Shown in pieces: positions 11,991-22,417 of a DNA stretch of 64,000 nucleotides. The notes beneath the pieces were generated by a model. It was not told where the DNA came from, made no database searches, and worked only from the letters and a program-made list of their open reading frames with translations. The position numbers and the translations under genes were made by a program. Source of the DNA: Laetmonice hystrix (Eukaryota). Position 1 is the stretch's first letter. Each line of letters starts with the position of its first letter. The stretch is taken from the NCBI GenBank assembly GCA_965235115.1, contig OZ249436.1, positions 27,902,001 to 27,966,000 of the forward strand, in the 5' to 3' direction.

Positions 11991-13477
11991 CATTTTGGCG
12001 TCGCTGGGTGCTAACTGCGCCGCCCACCATGGGGTGGATTCCAAACGTTGATGCTGAGCGCTAGCTCTACCACTGGCCATCCCACGATCGGTGTTTTATA
12101 TACACCTGTTCGGTGTGTTCCACAAGCACCGGCATCTGTTTTTGGAGGCGTCTGTTCGCCATTCCGTGCGTTGTAATTATGTTAGTCTGCGCGCAGAGGT
12201 GTCCACGTGTGTCAATTCGATTCAGGTGTCCCGGCAGCGGTGCTCGTGCTGCCACCTGGTGGACCACAAATTCGCGCGGCAAGTCGCGCAGTGGAACGCG
12301 TTGCTCTAAACTTCCGCCACACAGGAGTCGTGTAGCCAGACCGACGCATGTATTACACATGTGCTGGCTATGCTCGCTTTAAGATAAAAGCCCACATTAT
12401 TGAAAGCCCGGATGTGTGTAATTGGAAACATGGCTATAGCTACCTTGACAGGTTTACCTGTGTGGCGATGTGTCGAATATCATTATGCTTGTATTATGTG
12501 AACTCTACGTCGAAGAAACAGGACAAGGATTTACATATACGTCAACTTGACTGAATAAACATTAAGACATGCCATTCCCCTCACATATACATAGGCTATA
12601 CCGTGGTTAAGGAGGGGTAGGTGAAGTTTGGGTATCTCAGAGAATGGCCATTTCCTCTGGGAAATTAAAAAAAAAAATCAAATAATGCAATCTCGGGACA
12701 AGTGTGGGAACATTTTCTTAATTTGGTTGAAATAATACACTTTTTACACTATTGTTTTAGAAAAATGTCCTTAATATAGCATCTTTTTCAACGGGGGGTG
12801 TGGGTGGGTGGGTGGGTGTGGGGTTACTTGGAACACCCCCCCCCCCACCCCCACCCCCACCCCCGTGGATATACCACTGACTATAATTAACAGTTTCGTG
12901 TATAGAAACAGCTGCAAGTTTTAAGTTCTCAAAATGTATTCCTATATAACTTCCGAATCCTCACATCTTTTCCCCTCAAAGATGTAAACAACATGCCTGT
13001 GGAAGGGATTAAGTGCAGGTCAGAGAATGCTCCGCCCCTCAGGAGTCAGTTGACAGGACCCCTGCAACGGATGAGACGTGTACTAAGGCCCCCGCTGATT
13101 GGATGACTGATCCCAAGTCCCCTGCCGCCAACCAATCAGCGATCACATTAAGCCTAGAGGCACCTGAGAGTGACAGGATGCGCAGGATGTGGGCATAGTA
13201 GGGGCAGGTATAGTGTGGCTCAGGTTTAGAATGTCGTAAACGTTTAGGAGCCTTAGACGTAGTCATAAGCCTCCTCTTCACATCGTCTCTCTTAAAAAGA
13301 GACTAGTTGGAGATTATATCTCCTAGCCATAGTTGAGTGTGTGGTTGCTTTACAAAGAATGGCAATTGGTTTACATCATTAGATCAATTTTATCTTAATG
13401 TAGGCTACATACAATATGGTGTGCTGAGTAAAAATGTTGAATGTTGAGGCAATATACCTCAACTTACGGAAATAAAC

Positions 13478-13529
<52 letters not shown>
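13478..13529. repeat. (AAC)n microsatellite
   Basis: About 17 consecutive AAC units. Confidence 0.97.
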
Positions 13530-13544
13530 GAATATGCATACATT

Positions 13545-15130
13545 TACGACGCCAAGGCACTTGCCGGAGAATTTCATGCAGTGTCTAGAAATGGCACGCA
13601 CAAAAGTATATAATTATCAGCCGATCGACATACTCGTACCTTGGAGTAGCGAGTATTCCCCTTTTAGACACGGGCCTGTATAGGTGCTGCTTTGATTATA
13701 AGTAATTCAGGAAGGTCAATCCGTCCATGGCTCCAAGGTCTAACCCAAATCGACATTCCACCACGCACCTATTCGGATGTAATTTGTCCCTGATTTTCTC
13801 CATGAAGAGCTTCATGTCTAAAAATGTGCCAGCCTGTTGGTAAAATTAGCAATACTTTTCATTCAATGGTTATTATCCACAAAAAGCGCTCTTTCAGTCT
13901 AAATACAAAATAAAGATACGTGTATGACAGAGGTCGTCAAAACGTATTTTCTGTCGTTCTTCTGCTGAATCTGATGACCGATTTCCCTCTTTCCTACCGG
14001 GCTGGTTTTAATAAGAAAGACCTTCCTGGTATATTTTTAAAATAAATTGAATCACTATAATTATGATAGGAAGGTATTTCCACAGATACTATAGCTCCAT
14101 TTTTAGTGTCTGTAATAATTTGCATCGTTATTTTAGACAGACATAGAAATGTCTGGATTTTATCAGTAGATTTCCACAGGGACAGTGAATCGTACTGGGG
14201 CAATCCATCAAGAAGCAATATTTTGCATCTTCTAGATTAGACGACGGTAATCGATCACCTAATGCCACATTATGGCTGTTGATATGTTATTCTGTTCGGG
14301 CTCTGAACTTTATAAATATACTAAAATATCATAGCTATCAAAAATAGTTCTCAGAATAATTGGGAAATGACGCGCAGACGCGTGTTCTCTCGTCAAGCCC
14401 GCCATAAGAAGACACCTTTTGAAAGCATCCGTGCTCACTTTTGGAGTTGTACTTTGGTGACGTACATTACTGGCTCTTGGATGGACCAAGAGAAGGCGCC
14501 CCCCGCTCCTACCCATGTGGGGGTCAGCAGGGGTCAAGCCCTGGGACTTTGGCCCGGCAGGTGATGGACAGGCACAGTACATCCATCTTGAGGCCCGCCA
14601 GATGGCCGCGTCTGCGTACCGACAGGAGGCGCTCCGACATGACGTTTCCGACAGGGACGAGAGAACCGTTGACAGGCTGAGAGTAGGTGGGCCGTGATGA
14701 GACCGTCATTACGGCACGACATCACGGTGTTTTCGGTCAGGGTCTGCTGTAGGCAGGTCACACAGTGAAACCCACGGGTGGCCGCTACCACTATCGGCCA
14801 CCGCCACCGTGTAGACGCCGTGCCTAGAACCTGAACTTCCTCCAAATCGGCCACATTATTATGAGGCGACTGGGAGCCATGGGAGAGGTAGTTTATAGAT
14901 GGTCAGTGAATGGGAGGGCATAGGTGACATAGCTGTCTCCTTTCACTTCTGTTTTCCCCCTATATGGACCGATGCCGCTGTTGAATAGTTGGTCACCATA
15001 GTGAAGCTATTACTTGAATCTGACGGGAGGGGGGGTGGCTGGCGCTAACAGCAACCAGACCTTCACCACAGAGTAGCTAAGATGTTCTTTCCAAGAACGC
15101 GTCCAACTGGCGAGAGTTATCATGAAGGCC
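13545..15130 (-). pseudogene. Frameshifted remnant resembling a Polinton/Maverick (adintovirus-type) major capsid protein gene
   Basis: Collinear motifs over multiple frameshifts and stops: LHDNSRQLDAF (~15130), QLFNS/SVHIGG (14991-14960), DHL*T.LSHG, NVMSERLL..GLKMDV (14646-14580), WSIQEPVMYVTKVQL (14488-14444), ARHFPIILRT, SHNVALGDRLP (14286-14242), GNLL/NPD, EIPS (14080-14069), ITSE*VRGGMSIWV/LDL (13783-13730), KRG, NYILLC..TLHEI (13584-13570). Confidence 0.62.
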
Positions 15131-17143
15131 CCATTACAATACATCTAGGCCTAGTGTTCCTTGTCCACACCCATGGTACATTTATTATGTAAACAGTGGG
15201 TCTTAATAAGCACTTTTTAATTATTTTCTACTACAAAACTTTAATGTGCACGATATTAATTTGTTCTACAAAAATAAAAATATATAGTCAGAGCTAAAAA
15301 ACTGCGCCGTCCCAAACGCTATATCTACATTTAGTCTGATTATAATAAGATCGAGACTGGACTGAAAATGATCCTTACTCTGATACGAATAGATCTTCTG
15401 TCGCGAGTTATACAGCACGGTGTTTGCCAATGTTCGCCACCCGGGCGCCCGTCAATTCGTCTGCAATCCTTCGGGAAGGATCCTGCCTCAAGTTGGCTTC
15501 GGCAGTTTTTCCGTCGTATGGAATGGTATTTATTTTCAATGACCGAAGCCACATGAACACTCATCCTCGCGAAAGTGGCTTCATTTATCAACCGGAAGCA
15601 TGAAAAGAAGGATGAAAGCCCATTTAGTCGTCATCAAGAGTGACTCTTTAAACGTGACAGCTGCTCCCAGTTACGTGCACTTTGATTGGTCCAACCGGCT
15701 CCACAACTTCGATTTCTGGAACACGATGCCCCAGTTAATGTTGTCTAAGATCGGCTCAGAGAGGTTTCAAAATCCAGCTGACAGCGTCGATTATGCCCGA
15801 GGGAAAAGCATGTTGATCCTGCTGGCACTACATACAGTTTTGTCACTGTCCGTGTACGAAACATCGCCCCTGAAAGCATTTTGCTGCAACGCAATGGTAA
15901 CGCATGCTAGAGGCTCTGTTCTCTACTCACAAGGAATTCTAGTACACGTACTCGCACTCACTCTTGTATAGACTTGGCACCATGTTTTACTAGAGACTGC
16001 TGCTCGAACTCCTACTACCAAGGTCGCCTTTCCCTTTTATTTTCTATTCTACAGATTACAGAATAAAGTGCCCCCAAAAAATAATGGAATGTAATGTAGC
16101 AAGTACATGACTTTGATCGCACACCTATACTTAGTACTTGATACTTGATATTCCAACAAACAAGCTTCTTGATGAAAAAAGGCGGAATTCCCGTGGCGTG
16201 AGGTTAAACAGCCCCTTTAGTCCTTTAGTCGCAGCGGAAAAGTAGCTGCAGATCGGAAACCTATCTTGGTTACCTTCCGTCTCCGCCGGGAAACGTTCAT
16301 TTGATCCCTGGCGATCCTGCCTGACGACCTGTGGTATATACGGACCATCCTTTCTCTGCTGACTGCACCGTCGCCAGTTCCAGCAGTAATGTGAGGTACA
16401 TGTGTCCTGCAAAGATTACGACCTGGCATGCCACTTATCCCGACCGACCGGGCAGATTTTGTTTTGCGTAAAGAACGCTGTAGGACGGATATTAATTGAT
16501 GTTCGATTTGCATGTTGTATCATTGATACTGATGGGAGTCTTTGCTTCGGAAGACCCACTATAACCAAGAATAAAATGTTCATCGGTCTGTTTGTGAAGG
16601 TCTATAGGCATGTTTTGCAGTGTTAAGTCCTACCTAGCTGCACCTCCATATCCAAGGAGAATGAGGGAAATGCGACAGAAAAGGATGGAAAACAGATAAG
16701 GTTGGAAGAGGAAAGGAAAAGTACAATCCCTCTTAAAAGGAAGTATCAATATTTTTCGACAGTGTTCAACAGGTTTGGACAACATCTAGCTTCAAGACCG
16801 TGTAACGTTACACACCGTCAATTACATACACTTCACCTGAAAGGAAACGGGAACCGTCTCCGTCTGCTTTTGTGTGGATTCACCCCCACAGAGACATCTA
16901 GTGGTAAATACGCGAAAGACGCCCACGTGGATTCTGGCCATCACTTCGGAATTTAAAAGTGCTTCAGGGCTACTTAACAACCAATATGATGGCTCATACA
17001 GACATACACAACACAAATATCAGCCTCTTAGAGCTAAAACGATTGGGGAATATTGAAGAATTATCTACTAATGTTACATTAGGTTAGGACACAGGACTTC
17101 GGGGAAGAGACTTCATTCTTACGTCTCCTACCCTCCCACTCTA

Positions 17144-17298
17144 CAGGGGCGTAGGAAGCTGGGGGCAGAGGGGGCTGCCCCCCCCCCAATATTTATAAAA
17201 TGACCGCATGGCCCAATGCAAAAGCATAGGCGTAAGTCATTATGACGTCACTTCTGCCCCCCCCCAAAAAAAAATTTTTTTTCCTTCCTACACTACTG
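17144..17298. mobile_element. Short hAT-like MITE
   Basis: Termini CAGGGGCGTAGGAAG ... CTTCCTACACTACTG (imperfect inverted repeat) with internal G/C runs; no clean TSD seen. Confidence 0.55.
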
Positions 17299-17920
17299 GT
17301 CTATAGACCAGCAGACGCGAAGTTATGTTCCAACATGGGAAATCTGATAACATATTGAAAATACGGAAGTGTGGCTTTATCTTACCCAGGAAATACAAGT
17401 AACACGCTGTCTAGGCTGGTGCCTTGTGTTTAGAAAGTCCTAGGCGGGCGTTATCGTCCCTCTGTCAACAAAATACCACTACCGAGAACCAGCCAAGATC
17501 CTTTCTTGTTGCAGGGTTTCGACTTTGGTATCAAAGAGGCCATAGGATTCACAATGTTCTCTGGGCTGGTTCAGACTGTATACAGATTAGGCTACATGTT
17601 TGTTTGTTGTTTCATTCCTCCTTTTTTGCATGAAAAGGGGAGATGTCCAACTATAGTGCAAGAAGTAGCCTATATAAGGCCCTTACTACACACTTCCCGT
17701 TCCCGACTTGGCTGACCTATGTCAAGAATAACCCCGTCTTCCAACCTTACCCTTGGGTTTGTTAATTTTTCCTTTTAGATGCATTTTTAGCAGCACAGTA
17801 GGCCCGTACGTATAGGCCTACGCATCTCCCGCCATGAGCCACCACGTCTACTTTTTGCATGTCTTAAATGAATACCACTATGACGGCGTGTGTAGACTGC
17901 TCTGAACACGCCATGATTTG

Positions 17921-18060
17921 AAACATGACGTGCATGACGCGACCATGAAACATGACGTGCATGACGCGACCATGAAACATGACGTGCATGACGCGACCAA
18001 GAAACATGACGTGCATGACGCGACCATGAAACATGACGTGCATGACGCGACCATGAAACA
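17921..18060. repeat. 27-bp minisatellite, ~5.2 copies
   Basis: Unit AAACATGACGTGCATGACGCGACCATG, with one substitution in copy 3. Confidence 0.96.
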
Positions 18061-18922
18061 ACGTATTACACCGCATAGCGTGCGTACTTCCGGTACGATA
18101 GTGAGTGCAGCGCTATGACGGCACGCGAAACGCTGCAACGTTATCACATTGACTGAGCTAACTTTGGGAAACACACGCGGTTCTGTATATCTTATCCTGC
18201 CGTTTAAGTACGTATGGGACCAACTGGACTGAACTTAAAGAGAAGGAATAAGAAGCCAGTGTTTTGGTGGCGATAGGCAGAAGGCCTATACGAGAATATT
18301 TCAACTTCTACTTCAACGTATCAGAGACCGAGTGATCTTTGCTATTGGATGAAAAAAGACGCCTGTCTATATTGGCCGGCAGCAGGGCCTAGAGTTTGTC
18401 AAGGTGTCTAATGTCTGGTGACAAGCAATCAAATGATGACGAGGATTGCGCTCGGCTAACCACCTGGCAGCGTAGTGGCCACCGATCAGCGCGCCGAGAG
18501 CTGCTAGACCTGGCAAGGTCAGACGGGTTCGGCCCTTGCGCCGTGCTAAAACCTATACCAGTTTGCTCTAGGTGGAGTTTCGCAAATCACTGCAACCAAT
18601 TCCCCCGGCTGTCGGATTCTAATCCCGAAATCAAATATAGATCTACGTAGTATATATTCAAGAGTCGGAAGTGAGTATAGCCATAGCTGAGAAATGTCCG
18701 CTCGCAGACATCTCAATGCAATGGGGGTGAAACTGGCTTTTCTCTCTCTCTATCTTGTGAGCTTACGTTGGTGGTTGTGGTAGCTGTGGTGTGGCAGCAG
18801 CCGCTATACTTTACATTTTTGCGGCGTTTCCACGCTAGCGTTTACGCCGATCAGTCTGTGCCAAACCGAACGAGTTCCTGAAGCCACGTCTTGCAAGTGT
18901 TAACATAACGCTGTCTCTGCAG

Positions 18923-19021
18923 GCACGCGTCCGTCAGCAGGACGAAGGATGTAGTCTTGCCTCCGAAGATACAAGCAGCGTAAACTTCCCTAAAAGAAGC
19001 CGACAACTTAATCCAGTGAAG
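18923..19021 (+). other. Candidate 99-nt exon (or 3' end of a first exon) of an unidentified + strand gene
   Basis: CTGTCTCTGCAG acceptor at 18922 and consensus AAG|GTAAGT donor at 19022. Phase-0 frame is open (ARVRQQDEGCSLASEDTSSVNFPKRSRQLNPVK). CpG-rich upstream, with CGGAAGTG at 18666-18673. Confidence 0.4.
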
Positions 19022-19686
19022 GTAAGTTGATTTTATATAGCGGAAGAAAGTTTTACGTGTCTGTTTAGTTCAGGCAGAAAACGCAAAGTAAGCTACACAA
19101 TTTTTTGGTACCGCTATGACTATTGATCCTTCTCGACACTTCTCTTAGGGTCAATATGCCTTATTATGGATCTGAGGGAATCTATGATCGACCTTAGATG
19201 CAGCGCCACAGCCTTAAGTGCAAATACGATCCGTCTTCTCTCGAATAGCGATATAATATACATGCAGTATATTACATATATACGACCCTGCAGCGTAGAA
19301 GTTCGGGAACGAACTAAAAGGTCACTAGTGAGGAACCATATTACTACTAACAACTCCCTTGTAGCAGTATACGGACGAGTGAACTGTATTATACCTGTAC
19401 CTAGCGACCCGACCAATTGCCCCGAGGGGGAATCGTTTTCTGGATGCTAATGTGATTAAACTGGCGTGCCTAATACTTCCTTAATGTGAAATGGGCATGG
19501 ATGCCGAGGTGAAAGTTGTTTATTCCAACCGGTCATTCCCAAGTCAAGCTATTAAAAGGTCATGTCCGTACTCGTGCCTTTATTTCATCTTTTATATGCA
19601 CGCATTCTTATGATAATATTTCATGTAAGCGTTTCAGCTTGAAATGTTGCTACATTATCATGGAGTACTTATTCTTGGACAATTCC

Positions 19687-20231
19687 AGGGCCCGGTTCCT
19701 AAAATCTTAAGATCTTACTTAAGTTTGGCCAATCAGAAGCGTTAAGCCTAAACTTAAAGTGAGGGTAAACAAACACGGCAAATAAGGTTTCGTAGACCAA
19801 ATGGAACACCAGCATTTACCTCAGGGCAATAAATGCCACAATTACGTTGTCTGAATGAAGTAATTAACGTGTAACTGCCCGATAATGTGACGCCGCTGGT
19901 TCTTACCTTGACCTGCTTGTGTGTTCATCAGAGCCGAACGCTGCACACCACGGCATATTGCGTAACATTACGTGTTGCTCTGCTCACGGACCTTGTCTAC
20001 ACGATGTTTGGAGTCCCAACGTTTGTAAACGTTTGTAAACGTCCGAGGTGATGAACCCACAAGCAGAGCAAGGTTAGAACCAGCGGCGTCACACATCGGG
20101 CAGTTACACGTTCAGACAACGTAATTGTGGCATTTATTGCCCTGAGGTAAATGCTGGTGTTTCATTTGGTCTACGAAACCTTATTTGCCATGTGTGTTTT
20201 CCAGATCTTAAGATTTTAGGAACCGGGCCCT
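19687..20231. mobile_element. MITE / foldback element with a long internal inverted repeat
   Basis: Perfect 29-bp TIR AGGGCCCGGTTCCTAAAATCTTAAGATCT (19687-19715 / 20203-20231). Inner arms ~19771-19930 and ~20049-20198 are near-perfect reverse complements. Confidence 0.85.
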
Positions 20232-21864
20232 AAGCTCCAATTTGACGGTCATATTGGCCATGCATGTTCAACCAGTTAGAAACACTTTGCCAACTTGGGT
20301 ATACCCTGTGCAGGTATTATGTATTTGCTTGTATTTTATTTTTATTCAGCCGCTCATTCTCAGCGGACTCTGTGCTTTCATGTGAAAATCTCAGACAACT
20401 CTGGGTATCTATAGTCAACAGGCGTGTATCTACGCATGCCTGATACAAATTCGACGCCTTCGTTGAGCTTGGTGTTTAGAGTTGCTTCAACTGTACAAAT
20501 TGTAACTTTCCAAGCAACTACATGTTTTATGGTTTCCGTTTACATAAAGGTTAGACATAGCGAGAAGTTTCTCGCCAGATATGATTCGGATTGTTTCGCC
20601 GTTATAAATACCACCTAACGCCCATATTGAACGAGAACCAATGGCAGGAGGCTAAGGAGAGGACTGAAGCTTCTAAAGGTCACAAGTGCATAGGCCGCAT
20701 TTCATGTCAGCATACAGGTGCCACTATTATGTTTGGCAGCAGGGATAGGGTCTATAGGTATATGTCTACCCCGCCTGAGTGACCCGTACGGCATCCACTT
20801 TATACCCCACCCCCACACCATTTTTTTCTGTTTTTATTCCCTGACAACACGTTCTAGGAATTTATGGATCCATCAAGGATGTTTAACACATGGGCGATAC
20901 ATGCCCCCCCCCGGGACATTCCATTCAATATTCCACAGTTTGTAATCAGGCACCAACAAGACTCTTGTGTGTACTGGTGTGATGAATGGCAGTCTGGGCG
21001 GCTGAGTCTGTGGGCGGTGTGGGGGTTACGTTCGGCTCGGCGCTGGGCACTACCACTGCCCAGACCGGGAATGATGAATACCCATCCCATGAGGGTCCAT
21101 CCCACTAACTGTACATGATTAAAACAGAACATGATACACCACAAGGATCAAACATGAAAGCAACATGTCAACATGTGATATCAATCTATACCGCCCACGA
21201 GATGACCTTCGCCCAGTAACGGCGTTTGTGCTCATTTGCTAACTCAGACAGAAGAGTCCCGACGGATCTCAGGTTTATAAAATTTGGGTGTTTATGTCAG
21301 ACACAAAAGGAATGACATATGGGCAACGACATTGTGGGTCTTTCTAATTGATGATTGGACGACAACATAGAAGAGGGTGTCGACTTGGGCATGCTGTTAA
21401 TTGGCTGGAATTATAAGTGTAGTAATCAATTATTAACCAATCACCATCGCCACACGTCAGATACACGTAGGCCTATAGTCATCTCTAATTGATGTAAAGC
21501 ATCTTCATTTTGCATGATCAATGTGCATTCCTAACATTCTCTTTGACGCGATTATGATAAGTATATATACCGGTTGTACCTTCTTTTCCCTCCACATTTT
21601 TGTATTCAGAGAGCCACCTGTTAAATACAGAAGAAAACAAGCCCCACGCTGAGGACCCAGAAGGTATGCTGTGGAATAGTTCGTAGGTTGAGCAACCCCC
21701 ATCCCTCCCTCCTGCTCCCATAACAGATTGTTTGCCAATGTCTCTATAGCTTGTGGCCAAGCCTAGTACTGTAGCATGGCGAGATACGTCCGTACCGAGA
21801 TATTCCCTTCTAACACCCACATAGGTCATGCTTATTAACCAGACGGGATCGTGCACCCACTTAA

Positions 21865-22415
21865 GGCCCGGCCACACAGAGCCGACTACCCCCAACCCGA
21901 TGGTCGGAGGCCGGGGGAGTCCAAATCGGCCAAATACTCAGTCAGTCTGATCAACGTTGGTCTGATATATGCCCAACCATGCCACACTGAATGCGATCCG
22001 AAAGTCGGGAGTGAGATGCCACACTAGCGACACCACTCGTGACCAGTAGACTCTATATACTATTGTAACTATTCATTCCCCTAGCGGTAGTTCCCACTCC
22101 GCCATGTTGTTTGTGTTGTCCCGCTCGCAGGGTATCTTGGGAGTAGCGTTTGTATGGTGTGCGCTGTGATTGGCTGGTAAGCAGTCCGACTGTTGAGTCT
22201 GGTCGGTAGGTGCGCCACACAGGCCCGACTAGGCCCGACCAGACCAAACCGTTTGGTCGCTCATCTTGTGCAGGACAAGATGAACGACCGGACTGGTCAG
22301 TCGGTGAAAAACACCCGACTACGGCCGACTGACCATGCCAGACAGGGCCGACTACCCCCGACTCGAGTCCCCCAGACCATCGGGTCGGGGGTAGTCGGCT
22401 CTGTGTGGCCGGGCC
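21865..22415. mobile_element. PIF/Harbinger-like MITE
   Basis: ~41-bp TIR GGCCCGGCCACACAGAGCCGACTACCCC.ACCCGATGGTC at both ends, flanked by TAA and TTA (TWA target typical of PIF/Harbinger). Confidence 0.8.
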
Positions 22416-22417
22416 TT

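Noticed and set aside
17864..18174. Repeat-protein ORFs (MKHDVHDAT etc.)
   Set aside because: A 27-bp tandem repeat that is open in several frames by chance; no splice or homology support.
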